Source: a virus (taxonomy: Duplodnaviria > Caudoviricetes). From it: DNA of 64,000 bases. Shown here piece after piece: positions 38,236-49,190 of this stretch. The notes beneath the pieces are model-generated. The model saw only the letters and a program-made list of their open reading frames with translations. It was not told where the DNA came from and made no database searches. Made by a program: the position numbers and the translations under genes. The stretch is taken from the IMG/VR virus record IMGVR_UViG_3300035208_004396; one strand, written 5' to 3'. Within the stretch, counting starts at the first letter, position 1. Each line of letters opens with the position of its first letter.

Positions 38236-38337
38236 TATGATATATATGATCCATTATACATTTAATTTTCAAGACACTACATAAAAAAGTAGCCCTGGTA
38301 TTTCTACTGAGCTACTTATATAATCGTTAAAAACTAT

Positions 38338-39669
38338 CTAAAAGTTATCAAATTCATCAGCTATATTTTTAGCTTCTGTAGCTTTTATTTCTTCAATTGA
38401 ATTAGCTGCTATATCATATAACTGTTGTTTTGAGATATTTACTCCGATCGGTTTCAATTCAAATTTATTTGCACCTTCGCGAGTTTTAATGAGCTTTATC
38501 GTGAAAATGTTGTTTTGATTCTGTTCTTCTGATTGAGTAATCGATAAAACTTCATCTGCTTTTTCAGCCATACCGATAGAATTGCCTATATCTTTAAGCT
38601 CCAATGACATAGCATCCAGAGCATCTCGTTTAACCTGTGCAGCAGTTATAATTGGGAATCCTTCTGCCATAGCTAACGATTTCACCTGATCTGTAATCAT
38701 TGCTAATTGAGTAGACATATTAACTTTGCTATCTATTTTACCATTTGGAACCATACAACCAACATAATCTACCATTACGACTTGTGGTATGAAATGACAT
38801 TTTTCTCTTAATTCTTTTATATTACTTCGTAATGCCAATGCTGATTTTTCACCACCAGGAAACTCTTCTATTTTTAGCTTTTTAGCAATAATCTGCTTTT
38901 TTTCGTTCCATCTTTTCATGAACGCATCTTTTTTGATGAATAGATACTCATCTTCAGTCAAATCTAGCAAATTCTGCAATACTCTTTGGGCAATTTTAAT
39001 TTTACCATCTTCAAATGTATAGTATAAAACATCATAGCCATTTCGGATCAAATTAGCCGATAAAGCACACATAGTCATAGTTTTACCAACGTTAGTTGGA
39101 CAAAGTAAGAAAGTAAGAGTTTTCTTAGATAATCCCCCTTTAAGCATCTTATCTATGGTTATTAAACCGGTTTTAATATGTGCATCCTGAGCATGACTTT
39201 CGTCATAAATCTGTTCTATATCATCAATCAGATCGTAACCTAATTTTGAATCTAATGAGAATCCTTCGCTATCGCTTACATCCTGAGCATAATCCGATTC
39301 CATGTTTTCATCATTAGAATTGACATATTTCATGATATTCATAACATTCTGATACAAACGTTTCTTTTTCATGAAAATTTCGATATTGTGAATGATATAT
39401 TTTGTATTTGCTGTATCAGTATCTATCGAATTAGCTTTCCTGTATAAATCCCATTCAGTAGGATCATTTTTGAATAAACTCGATATTTCGAAATCATTTG
39501 GGAAAACTTGATATTTAGTGTAAAAACCAGACAACTTAGAAATTACATTTTTGTAAACTTCATCATCATTAAACCATTCTGGATCTATTACGGGCATTAC
39601 CTTTTCACAAATCTCTTTATTAGATATAATGGCTTTTAACATAACAAGCTCTAAATTATTCATAAACAC
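38338..39669 (-). CDS. gp41: Replicative DnaB-like helicase
   Basis: TG...ID..L.GG, PTNVGKT, YYTFE, VDYV, ITAAQ..R, K.R. Confidence 0.93.
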   Translation of the reverse strand: MFMNNLELVMLKAIISNKEICEKVMPVIDPEWFNDDEVYKNVISKLSGFYTKYQVFPNDFEISSLFKNDPTEWDLYRKANSIDTDTANTKYIIHNIEIFMKKKRLYQNVMNIMKYVNSNDENMESDYAQDVSDSEGFSLDSKLGYDLIDDIEQIYDESHAQDAHIKTGLITIDKMLKGGLSKKTLTFLLCPTNVGKTMTMCALSANLIRNGYDVLYYTFEDGKIKIAQRVLQNLLDLTEDEYLFIKKDAFMKRWNEKKQIIAKKLKIEEFPGGEKSALALRSNIKELREKCHFIPQVVMVDYVGCMVPNGKIDSKVNMSTQLAMITDQVKSLAMAEGFPIITAAQVKRDALDAMSLELKDIGNSIGMAEKADEVLSITQSEEQNQNNIFTIKLIKTREGANKFELKPIGVNISKQQLYDIAANSIEEIKATEAKNIADEFDNF

Positions 39670-39742
39670 CTCTTAAAAGTCTTTTTTAATCTATACCATA
39701 TAACTATATCGTAAAAGTATAAAATGAGTTTAAACGATCGTT

Positions 39743-40765
39743 TTATATAAATTCCGAATATAATGAGAAAAATTTATCCAATGTTTCATCTTTGTATTGA
39801 ATGTCTGACTCATTAACATACTTAGTAGTTATCTCTCTCAAATCGAATTTAGATATATCGGATAAATCTATATCGACATCACTTATTGGTAAATCTTCGA
39901 AATTTATAACGAATTTATAAGGTTTAAGGTTAGATAAATCGGCTGTATATTTACTTATCTTGGCAATTTCATTATCAAAAGCGTAAGGAATTTGTAACTT
40001 TATATAATTATTCGTTATATCATTTAATTCTTCGGGATAAATTATAGTTTTGAATTTCATAGAAACATTATTCTCTATAAAATTCAAACTCATATTTTCT
40101 AGATCTAATACGCCACAGCCTTTATTTTCATTCTCATCGATCATCGTGAGTTGATATGGACTACCTATATAAACTATATTTTTACCATTTTCGTGTATTT
40201 CGTTACGTTTATGAAAATGCCCCGTATAAACATAATCGAATTGCTTAAATAACGTCTCTTTCTCGATACCTTTAGTTGCTACATGGAATTTATCCATAAA
40301 CATATCTACAATATCAAGATGAGCAAACAATATCTTAGCTTCTTTAGTATATACCAAATCATCGAATAATGTATAATCTGTAAGCCAAGGCAACATGAAT
40401 ATTTTTTTACCAGCTAATTCTATCTCAGTTGGATTTTCATATACTGTACAATTCGGTAAATTCATGAACATTTTCAACGAATGTGTAGAAATGTCGTTCT
40501 TATTATAAGTATCATGATTTCCGATTATCATTGAAACATGAAAATCTGAAAAAATCTTATTAAATAAATCATAACTTACATTATAAGTAGATACATTCAA
40601 TTCGTGTCTATCATCGAAAATATCGCCCAAGATAAAAAGTTCGCTAATAGATAAAGATTTTAATTTCATGCTTAAAATCCGGAAAAATCTAAGTTGACTT
40701 TCTAAAAACTCAGGGTCATTTTGTTTAATTCCCAAATGTAAATCTGCTAAAAGTCCAATTTTCAT
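39743..40765 (-). CDS. gp47: Recombination nuclease subunit (Mre11/SbcD-like)
   Basis: DLHLG, LGDIFD.R, GNHD, GHFH, YIGSPYQ. Confidence 0.92.
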   Translation of the reverse strand: MKIGLLADLHLGIKQNDPEFLESQLRFFRILSMKLKSLSISELFILGDIFDDRHELNVSTYNVSYDLFNKIFSDFHVSMIIGNHDTYNKNDISTHSLKMFMNLPNCTVYENPTEIELAGKKIFMLPWLTDYTLFDDLVYTKEAKILFAHLDIVDMFMDKFHVATKGIEKETLFKQFDYVYTGHFHKRNEIHENGKNIVYIGSPYQLTMIDENENKGCGVLDLENMSLNFIENNVSMKFKTIIYPEELNDITNNYIKLQIPYAFDNEIAKISKYTADLSNLKPYKFVINFEDLPISDVDIDLSDISKFDLREITTKYVNESDIQYKDETLDKFFSLYSEFI

Positions 40766-40823
40766 GAATGAAATATACTCTATTTGTTATAGAAAAAATA
40801 CCAGTTTTCACTAGGGTTATAAT

Positions 40824-41993
40824 TTAAACTAACATGGATAAAAATTGGTTTAAATATTTCTCGTTTTCCATGATGTGATTATCAATATATCGATATTGCC
40901 AGGTTAAAATCTCATTATAATTGTCTTTTTTACACAATTTCTGAAAAATTTCATCTATTTTGCTACAACTATAATCATTATGGAATTTACAATCTGGATA
41001 AATTTCTTCATAAGGTGAATCTTTATTATCGTCAAATGTGGCACCTAAAAATACACTACCCGAAATACAAGATTCATAAAATCTCAATGCCGATTTGCAC
41101 TTATTAAATTCATTAGATACTAACGGTGCTACTTGGAAATCAGCATTGATTTTCTGTACGATATCTGGATATGAATATGAATTTGTCCAAGGTATAAACT
41201 CAATTTTATCCCTAATTGGCTCAAAAAAGTAAGGCATTACACCTAATACTGTAAAATCGATACGTTCGTTTTTAACATTTTCTATGATCCAATCTTTTAA
41301 ATTAGTATTCCAATCACCGAGATGACCAACAATACCAGGAAAACCCTTAGGTTCAATTGGACTAGGTTTGCGTTCTGGTATATTTTGCGTATAATGTGTA
41401 GGTGAACCGCTATATAAGATCTTAGGTTTATCAATATCTTTCGATATTGGCTTTTTATAATCTTTATTCCAGAGATATTTCGGAACTGTATTCTTTATAG
41501 TTCTTACAGTCGAAATCTTATATTTTTGACTAAAACATTTACCCAAATAATCAGTACTACACATTATTATATCGAAATATGAAACGATTTCGGCCATAAA
41601 TGGGGATTCTTCTGGTCTATTTGGATTCATACTACGACTAGGGTTATAATCGGGTACTGAAATACCTTCGTATTTCGTTTCCCAAGGAGATCTGAAAAAT
41701 ATATCATCTATCTCATAAATCAATTTGAATCCGAATTTAGCTTTGATTGTAGAATATTGACGTAAAATATTCAGATGATTCTGATCATTAGGCTTTTGCC
41801 ATATTATAGCAGCTGTATTAGCTAAAATACCAATGTCCATAATTGGAATAGGTGATACTATAGCAACAAAACCTTGATCGTTAATTGCATTTATATAGTT
41901 AGCTAGATATCTCAATCTAACATGACTACATCCAGAAAAGTCTGAAGTATAGATCAAGATAAGTTTTTTTTGGTTTGGATTTTTAATGATCAT
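40824..41993 (-). CDS. GT-B fold glycosyltransferase
   Basis: D.SGC...R, YEIDD, ST.YL, APL..N.FN..KS.L.F.E motifs. Confidence 0.8.
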   Translation of the reverse strand: MIIKNPNQKKLILIYTSDFSGCSHVRLRYLANYINAINDQGFVAIVSPIPIMDIGILANTAAIIWQKPNDQNHLNILRQYSTIKAKFGFKLIYEIDDIFFRSPWETKYEGISVPDYNPSRSMNPNRPEESPFMAEIVSYFDIIMCSTDYLGKCFSQKYKISTVRTIKNTVPKYLWNKDYKKPISKDIDKPKILYSGSPTHYTQNIPERKPSPIEPKGFPGIVGHLGDWNTNLKDWIIENVKNERIDFTVLGVMPYFFEPIRDKIEFIPWTNSYSYPDIVQKINADFQVAPLVSNEFNKCKSALRFYESCISGSVFLGATFDDNKDSPYEEIYPDCKFHNDYSCSKIDEIFQKLCKKDNYNEILTWQYRYIDNHIMENEKYLNQFLSMLV

Positions 41994-42015
41994 ATTTTAA
42001 ATTTATATATTTTTA

Positions 42016-43440
42016 TTAAATTGATTCGAGCAATCTTGGTTTATAAAACTCTTTCAAATTTTTCAATTCAGTTAGAACAGAAACATCTGGATTTTTAATC
42101 AAATTATCATGATATTCGATATTTTTATTCAAATCTGATATATATTTTTCAATTCTGCTAATCTCTAAACGTTTAATCGAATCCAATGATAAAGACAAAA
42201 TATATTTACAATCTTCACGATTAACTTTCAAACTCTTTTCCAGAATATCGGATGTATCTTCTGATTGTAAACTTTTTTTAACAATATCCAGATTATTAGC
42301 AACTTTTAATTTTAATTCTAAATGGTGTAAGTCTAGATCAAGTATATGCTTTTGATTTTTATTAAGTTCTATTTCTACTTCTTTACGCCAATTTAGCCAT
42401 CTTTTCATCAAATTTATGAAATTATCTGTACAAAGCTCAATATCGAGATCTTTCTCTTCTCCCCGAGAAGGTTCTTGAGTAACAGAATAAATCTGATATT
42501 TTACAGATTTAATGAGATGTTTATGAATATAATCTTCGAAATCTTCAGAATTTCTATAAACAACTTCTATTTTACAAGAATTATTTATATCCGAACTATC
42601 ATTAGCATAAAGTATGATCTTTTCATCATGCAATTTAGCCATACTTTTCAAAAATACTTCGGGATCAAAACCGGGACAACAATCTGTTACTGTTAATAGA
42701 TAACCTTTTTTACACTTTTCGATCGAATAATGACATTCGTAAATTAAAGATCCATTGTTTGTATCGTAAAGATTAAATAAATCATCTTTAGTCGATAATA
42801 AGCGCCCACCATACTTATAATCAGGTCCTTTTAAGAACTTCATTAAATCGTGTGTATTAGCATCGGGATGTTTTAACACATATTTAAGTGATTCGACAAT
42901 TTCTTCAAGATTATGATCTGGGATATTGACTCGTATACCAACAGCAATACCAAAGATTCCATTGACGAAAAATGCAGGAAAACGACTCGGAATATCGATA
43001 TATTCTTCTAATTCCCCTGTATAATTCTTAACCATCTTAGCTGCACTTTTACATTCTAGCATCTTCATGCCTAATGGCGATAACTTACATTCGGTATATC
43101 TGGTAGCTGCTGGACCATCTGTTAAATTTCCCCAGTTTCCATGTCCATATACAAGTGGATAAAGTTGATTTACCAGTGTACATAAAGCATTAGCAATTCC
43201 ACTATCACCATGGGCATGATATTTACCCATGCAATCGCCTACTATCTTTGCACTTTTAACAGTCGGTTTATCAAAATAAGCTTTAACATCTTCTAGACTT
43301 TTAATTAAACGACGACCACAAGGGATTAAACCATCACGCCAAGAGCTTATAGCTCGGTTTTGTATTAATTCTTCCTGATAATCTTTAATGTTTGTTTCTA
43401 ATACTTCTGTAATATCTCTATTTTCTTGCTGCATATTCAA
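42016..43440 (-). CDS. gp52: Type IIA topoisomerase A subunit
   Basis: NRAI...DGL.P..RR, KSA..VG...GKYH.HGD, G.GNWG....AA.RYTE, NG..GIAVG. Confidence 0.93.
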   Translation of the reverse strand: MNMQQENRDITEVLETNIKDYQEELIQNRAISSWRDGLIPCGRRLIKSLEDVKAYFDKPTVKSAKIVGDCMGKYHAHGDSGIANALCTLVNQLYPLVYGHGNWGNLTDGPAATRYTECKLSPLGMKMLECKSAAKMVKNYTGELEEYIDIPSRFPAFFVNGIFGIAVGIRVNIPDHNLEEIVESLKYVLKHPDANTHDLMKFLKGPDYKYGGRLLSTKDDLFNLYDTNNGSLIYECHYSIEKCKKGYLLTVTDCCPGFDPEVFLKSMAKLHDEKIILYANDSSDINNSCKIEVVYRNSEDFEDYIHKHLIKSVKYQIYSVTQEPSRGEEKDLDIELCTDNFINLMKRWLNWRKEVEIELNKNQKHILDLDLHHLELKLKVANNLDIVKKSLQSEDTSDILEKSLKVNREDCKYILSLSLDSIKRLEISRIEKYISDLNKNIEYHDNLIKNPDVSVLTELKNLKEFYKPRLLESI

Positions 43441-43478
43441 AATATAAAAACTAATTCACCGATTAAACGTCGAAAAAA

Positions 43479-44198
43479 TCAAATCGAATGAAAACAATAT
43501 ATGCAGTTATGTTTACAGATCTTATTTTCCAATAATTCGACACGGTTTCCCGGAGCCAAACAGAAGTTTCGGTTACGTTTCCCAGTTTCAAAAACAACTT
43601 CTTTTTTAAGAACACGTTCAGCTTCGATTTTGGACATGCAACCAATCAGTTTAACATCCAAATCTTTAAGCCAAATGCCAGCACAAGATTCAAAAGAATA
43701 ATCAAAACCTTTAGATTTAGAATAATTGATTAATTCTTCAGCTTCTTCATGCATCTTTTGAATATGCTTATCTGAAAGTTCATTATCTGTGTAATTAGTC
43801 AAGTTCAAAAATGAAAAACGACACCTTTTAACACCAGAAGATTCAAAGGCATCGAGAACATGTTTAGCTACTTCTACCGAAATCATAGGATCTATTCTAA
43901 GAACTGCTTGATTTACTGGAAAACCTAAATCAAACAGGATTTTAAGCTGTCTGGCATTAAATGTAGCTTTGGGTACACCAGGTTCGATAAAACTTCCACC
44001 TAATCCTGTAACAGTAAGGTGCAAAACCATCTTATCCTTATATTTCACAAGCTTCTCGATCAAATCGTCACTAAGATTTTTGGTAATGATCAAGTTAATA
44101 TCTTGTAACTTTTCGAGCCAAGATTTATCAAAAACAGGATCTCCGGCTTCTGTACTGCCCCAAGTTGTGATCATCGGCTTAGATTTTGTAAGTTCCAT
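43479..44198 (-). CDS. DUF1848-like protein
   Basis: TG.G...EP.VP, RIDP, SF, and C-terminal C.H.C.YC. Confidence 0.6.
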   Translation of the reverse strand: MELTKSKPMITTWGSTEAGDPVFDKSWLEKLQDINLIITKNLSDDLIEKLVKYKDKMVLHLTVTGLGGSFIEPGVPKATFNARQLKILFDLGFPVNQAVLRIDPMISVEVAKHVLDAFESSGVKRCRFSFLNLTNYTDNELSDKHIQKMHEEAEELINYSKSKGFDYSFESCAGIWLKDLDVKLIGCMSKIEAERVLKKEVVFETGKRNRNFCLAPGNRVELLENKICKHNCIYCFHSI

Positions 44199-44233
44199 GA
44201 TAAAAATATAGTATTTCTAAGATTAATTGGCAA

Positions 44234-45175
44234 TTACAAATTGATGAGATTATGTGTGTTCCAAGACAAACTGAGATCGCCACTTACGAGCAATTTAACT
44301 GTATTTACTTTAGCTTCTTCATTTTCACAAACCTGCTTTGAAACCTTAGAATCGATGTTTCGATTAATAATAATTGCCGATTTCATAGGTACCATTGTAT
44401 AATCTACAAAACCTAAAGCTGTGGAATTGTTAATTAATGAATACTGCTGACTATAATAATCGATCAATTCATCAAATAATTGATTATAATAATCGTTAGT
44501 ATGCATCATATCGAACGTTTTGTCATTATTTTCGGGATTTACCGAAAAATCATCCTTCTTAATGATGTTAGAAACTCGAATAGTATCCGACATATATTGG
44601 AGAGTATTGAGCCAATCTACCAATGTTTCACATTTATCATGATTTCCTTTCCATACATTGGTATTAATTCGAACGGGGATTTTTTTAGGCTGTTTTTTAG
44701 CCCATTGATAGATTTTTTGCATCTTTTCCAGTCCAATAGTGGCAAATTCACCATTATCATTATGTACTGAAACATTAAGATGTGTAAGTCCGGCAGTAAT
44801 CAACTTACTAAGAAAATCTTCGGTCATATTGACACCATTAGTCGTCATAACAACCTTTTTGAAGCCAATTTTGGAAAGTTGTTCGACCAATGGTACTAGA
44901 TGGCTATACAATGTAGGTTCACCACCTAAAATAACACATTCTTGAATACCCAAAAGATTATGGGCCTTTTTAGCATTGATAACTGCTTTATCAAAAGGAA
45001 GTTCCAAATTAGAATCAGATTTGGAATTGATACAATATGGACAAGCCCTATTACACGAGTTTGTTACCACAATTGACATATAACACTTGGTGTTTATATA
45101 TTTCTTCAAAAACTCACTATAAACATAAGAATCGTTTTCTTTTAATACTTCGATATCACCAAGTTTGAATATCAT
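44234..45175 (-). CDS. Radical SAM protein
   Basis: CNRACPYC, GGEPT, TTNG; TTGAGA-17-TATTTT promoter upstream. Confidence 0.9.
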   Translation of the reverse strand: MIFKLGDIEVLKENDSYVYSEFLKKYINTKCYMSIVVTNSCNRACPYCINSKSDSNLELPFDKAVINAKKAHNLLGIQECVILGGEPTLYSHLVPLVEQLSKIGFKKVVMTTNGVNMTEDFLSKLITAGLTHLNVSVHNDNGEFATIGLEKMQKIYQWAKKQPKKIPVRINTNVWKGNHDKCETLVDWLNTLQYMSDTIRVSNIIKKDDFSVNPENNDKTFDMMHTNDYYNQLFDELIDYYSQQYSLINNSTALGFVDYTMVPMKSAIIINRNIDSKVSKQVCENEEAKVNTVKLLVSGDLSLSWNTHNLINL

Positions 45176-45243
45176 TATAACCTCTTATTGTAGCATAAAA
45201 ATATGAAAATCTAACCCTGTTCTCAATAGTAATATATAGAAAT

Positions 45244-47844
45244 ATGGCAGAAAATACAGAAAACCAGGTTCAAAATGAACCGAGTATTAAAGAATATAAT
45301 AAGGCTTTTGATAAAATAAGCAAAATATTCAAAAAATATAATGGGATAGATCGTGTTAAACAATTCAGTCTAGCCGAAGAACCATTGTCTACTATATTGC
45401 CTATATTCAAAATTAACAAAACTGATGTCGTAAATGAAGAATATTTAAAAAATAAGAATAATATCCCTAATATCCAGAAAAAGTTGCTTAATATAGCAAA
45501 TAAACCTAAAAATACGCCATATAAGGACCTTAAAGATTCGAGTATGCCTAAAGAAATATGGAATACGGTTATTTTGGGTCTAATGGGTAATAATGATAAA
45601 TCTGCCAAAATTATAAGCATAACAGATCGATTGAAAAGTGCTTACTATCAACCTAAAAGTTATAATCGAAATGATATTGTTGAAAAATGGACTGATTTTG
45701 CTAAAGCATTCGTGGAAAGCAGTGCTGATCATCTTGCCGGTATAATCGATACTACTGACTTGACTAACAAGAACAATAATATCGATATGAAAGCTTTACA
45801 CTCGAAAACAGGTGATATGATCTACAAAGATGCGACTTGTGCAGAAGATATGATAAAGGTAGACTGTGCTAGCTGGGCTTGCAATGATGATAATTTAAAA
45901 TTACAGGAATTAGCTAAAGAATCTGGTATTACTATTCACGATGAAGCTAAAGATCCTACTAAAGAAATTCACCTGATGCCATTGCCTAATTCATTCTCTA
46001 ATATGGCCGAAATGAATAAAAATATGAGCAATTATGTCTCGTGTAAAGGCATTTATGCTCAACCAGAAGATATAATGACTGACCCGAGAATTGGTGATGT
46101 TAAACAAAATAGTGTCATAGACAAGATTAAAAACTGGGATAAAAATGTAAAAGATAAGTTGTTTAATAAAACCGCTCGTGGTAATTCCGTAGAAAACAAA
46201 TACCGAGAAGTCTTGAAAGCTTATTATGCTGCTATGGATAATGCGAGAAAAGATCCAAAAAACATGACTCGGTTCGATAAATTGCTAAGTCCAGATGGCA
46301 AAGTGGGTAAATTGATCGACAATATCGAGATTAATCCTTATACTTTACCATTTAAGATGGCACTTTCATTATGGCGTAATAGGGATATTTTCCGGGAATT
46401 AGTAAGAAGTGCTAAGATTAAATTTCCAAAACTCTATAAATTTGCTCAAAATGATCCTAAAAATAGTGAAGCAGATGGCTTAGGTGAAGCTATTGATATA
46501 GGTGAATTAAGATTAACCGATATTCTAAAAATAGCCGAGTATTATGATAAAAACGAGCCAAAATTCGTAGATAAAGATGGTAATCTTATTGCTGTACAAA
46601 AAAATAAAACAGAATCATTCGAAGAGTTATGTAGAAATGAAATATCCAAGTTATTAACAGAAGATGACAAAGAAAATACTCCTGAAAATACTGATTATGT
46701 AGGTACATTATCGGATTACGATTTGAAAAACATTGATATGGTCCGTAATTTCTTAGCTATTTTAATCTATAGTTTCATTTCTTCTTTTGATATGGTAGAT
46801 TCTTGGAAAGAATATGATTCTAAGATGGAAGGAGTTAAATTCTATTCTGGTAAAGGTAATAAAAGTGGTAGTTTTTTATTAGCTAAAGCTGCAAAATTTG
46901 AAAAAACGGCTAAAACACCGGAAAATAAGTCAGCAGATCAATCTGAAAATAAAGATTCTGTTCTAAATCTAATCAATAAAGCTATGAGCAAAATAGAAGA
47001 ACTCAAAGGCCGTACATTTTATGATCTTAAAAAAGAAGAAAAACAGAAAATTCCTCAAATTTTGAAGAATTATACTAATACTGCTACTCCAGAAGAGAAG
47101 AAAATTTTAGATTATATAAGTAAAAATCCCGATAAACTCAAGAAATTATTATCAGAACAATTAAGTTTCAGGAATTTTTACTTATTAAATGAAATACGTG
47201 CAAAACATCCAGAAATTAAAAATGGAGCTAAAAAACAGGTTAATATTGAAAAAACACCAGAAGTTAAATCTGTACCAGAAATAATTACACTTATTCGCCC
47301 TTATGCTGAATCTACAGATAATAATGAAGATCCTATCATAATGGAGGATGATAAAGCTAAATCATTTGGTCCTTTAGGAGGATTCCTTTACGTATTAACA
47401 TCAGCATATACAGCATGGAATAAAATGAGCAAAATTATTAACGACAAGATGATAGCAGCTAAACTTAAACCGACTGAAATAGCCTATGCTGATTTAGCTC
47501 AAATTGGTCCTCTTGAAAGTTTAGTAAATGTTGTTTCGGTTTCCGAAACATCTATTAAAGATCTAGCAAACAAGTCTAAAAACAAGTTCGTTGGGGCTAT
47601 TGCTAAAACATTAGATGCAATAAAACAAGTAAAATATGAAAATTTAACTATACATAACTTTGAATTCGGTAGTAAATTGGTACAAGAATTACCTAAACTA
47701 GATTCATTCGATGCTAATTATATTAAATTTGATGAAGATATTAAAACATTACCAAATTGCTTATGTGATGTTTATGACTTAGATAATGCTAAAAAAGATG
47801 CTGGATTTGAAGAAAATACACCAGAACAAAAGGAACAAAAATGA
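45244..47844 (+). CDS. Large hypothetical protein (candidate internal head protein)
   Basis: 866 aa; LLTE and LLNE motifs; ATATATA-N5-ATG. Confidence 0.55.
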   Translation: MAENTENQVQNEPSIKEYNKAFDKISKIFKKYNGIDRVKQFSLAEEPLSTILPIFKINKTDVVNEEYLKNKNNIPNIQKKLLNIANKPKNTPYKDLKDSSMPKEIWNTVILGLMGNNDKSAKIISITDRLKSAYYQPKSYNRNDIVEKWTDFAKAFVESSADHLAGIIDTTDLTNKNNNIDMKALHSKTGDMIYKDATCAEDMIKVDCASWACNDDNLKLQELAKESGITIHDEAKDPTKEIHLMPLPNSFSNMAEMNKNMSNYVSCKGIYAQPEDIMTDPRIGDVKQNSVIDKIKNWDKNVKDKLFNKTARGNSVENKYREVLKAYYAAMDNARKDPKNMTRFDKLLSPDGKVGKLIDNIEINPYTLPFKMALSLWRNRDIFRELVRSAKIKFPKLYKFAQNDPKNSEADGLGEAIDIGELRLTDILKIAEYYDKNEPKFVDKDGNLIAVQKNKTESFEELCRNEISKLLTEDDKENTPENTDYVGTLSDYDLKNIDMVRNFLAILIYSFISSFDMVDSWKEYDSKMEGVKFYSGKGNKSGSFLLAKAAKFEKTAKTPENKSADQSENKDSVLNLINKAMSKIEELKGRTFYDLKKEEKQKIPQILKNYTNTATPEEKKILDYISKNPDKLKKLLSEQLSFRNFYLLNEIRAKHPEIKNGAKKQVNIEKTPEVKSVPEIITLIRPYAESTDNNEDPIIMEDDKAKSFGPLGGFLYVLTSAYTAWNKMSKIINDKMIAAKLKPTEIAYADLAQIGPLESLVNVVSVSETSIKDLANKSKNKFVGAIAKTLDAIKQVKYENLTIHNFEFGSKLVQELPKLDSFDANYIKFDEDIKTLPNCLCDVYDLDNAKKDAGFEENTPEQKEQK

Positions 47845-48221
47845 TAGTAGAAGTAACCGATGATGAATATAATCGAATTTTAATGTCTAATTATAACTAT
47901 AAACCTGTAGATTCGGTTAATAATGAGGGTACTGATGAATTTTATGACCAAATTCGAGAAAATTATAAAAACATGATTGGTTTTATTAAAAGAGTATTAG
48001 ATCAATCCCACATATTTTTCGATATGAATGATGAAGAAAATGTGTTCTATCTTGATAAAAAACTAACAAAACCGGATCAAGATCACATTAGAGCTATAGT
48101 TAAGGGTTATAATATAGCATTTAACAATGGTAATTCGGATTTAGAAGGTGTTGATCATTATAACGTCTATTTTTATAATACTGAAGAAAAATACATTATA
48201 AAACTAGCATTAGAGGATTAA
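47841..48221 (+). CDS. Hypothetical protein
   Basis: ATGA-coupled ORF. Confidence 0.5.
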   Translation: MIVEVTDDEYNRILMSNYNYKPVDSVNNEGTDEFYDQIRENYKNMIGFIKRVLDQSHIFFDMNDEENVFYLDKKLTKPDQDHIRAIVKGYNIAFNNGNSDLEGVDHYNVYFYNTEEKYIIKLALED

Positions 48222-48341
48222 ATATATAATATAGGAGAATTTATGAAGAAAGTATTATTGCTGATATGCACGAAGAAGAAAATTGTGTATTAAACATCGA
48301 TCTTGTTGAAGCCATGTAATAAAAAATAACTAATATCAATT

Positions 48342-48370
48342 AAAAAGAGATCAAATAAGAGCTCTTTTTT
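48342..48370. terminator. Bidirectional terminator
   Basis: AAAAAGAGATC-AAATAA-GAGCTCTTTTTT. Confidence 0.6.
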
Positions 48371-48394
48371 ATAGTTTTATCTAAACAATAATCT

Positions 48395-48742
48395 TTAACA
48401 ATATCTTTCTTCGAAATAATCATCATAACGCTTTAGAAACTCATTATATTTAATTTCATTTTCAAACACTAATTTCTTATTATAATCCAAAATATAAAGT
48501 ATATCATCATGACAATTTTTAGTCCTGAAAAAATCAGTCAATTCAGGAAACAATGATACGAATTGATCAAATATAGAATTTTGTGATGTACAATTTGTGA
48601 ATTTCAAGTATTTTTTGTTAAAAAATGGCCAAAAATGATAAACCGAGTATTTAATACGACCATCTTTTTTATAAGTTATTCTAACACGAAGAACATCTTT
48701 ATAAAAACGAATTCTACCATAATGTGTTTTATTCAAGAACAT
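48395..48742 (-). CDS. Hypothetical protein
   Basis: 115-aa ORF. Confidence 0.45.
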   Translation of the reverse strand: MFLNKTHYGRIRFYKDVLRVRITYKKDGRIKYSVYHFWPFFNKKYLKFTNCTSQNSIFDQFVSLFPELTDFFRTKNCHDDILYILDYNKKLVFENEIKYNEFLKRYDDYFEERYC

Positions 48743-48745
48743 TAG

Positions 48746-48952
48746 CTATCTCTCCAATATGTGAAAAATTGAATGAATGAGATCTATATAATAGGATTGT
48801 ATTTTTTGTATTTCGGGAAACGTTAAGGTCGGATCATCGGCTAGGAAAGCTATCCACTGACCATTACGGCGAAACATATATACGCCATCTACTAAAAGCA
48901 TATTTCCATTATACTTATAATTTTTCATACTGTTAAATATATGAAATTTCAA
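48746..48952 (-). CDS. Small hypothetical protein
   Basis: ORF adjacent to the previous gene; start uncertain. Confidence 0.4.
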   Translation of the reverse strand: MKFHIFNSMKNYKYNGNMLLVDGVYMFRRNGQWIAFLADDPTLTFPEIQKIQSYYIDLIHSIFHILER

Positions 48953-48980
48953 TGAAAAACGAAGATGATAAATAAAAAAT

Positions 48981-49190
48981 ATGATAGAAAATTCAATTTT
49001 AGATCAGTTCAGTTCTTTAGGAAATGTGTATAATTGTGGAGTTCATATCCGTATTTTAGATGATTATTATGATGCTACTATAACATTTAATCCTATTCAC
49101 ATCGAATTAAGTAAGGACGACAATTATTCAGATAGATATTTCGATACTATTCCCGAATTGATAGAGTTTATCAAAAAACAGGTCGAATAA
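48981..49190 (+). CDS. Small hypothetical protein
   Basis: ATAAATA-N6-ATG; TAATG coupling to gp5. Confidence 0.5.
   Translation: MIENSILDQFSSLGNVYNCGVHIRILDDYYDATITFNPIHIELSKDDNYSDRYFDTIPELIEFIKKQVE

Noticed and set aside
48222-48320. Small gene after ATATATA and AGGAG at 48243
   Set aside because: Only 16 codons in frame; may be a deleted or frameshifted remnant but cannot be supported
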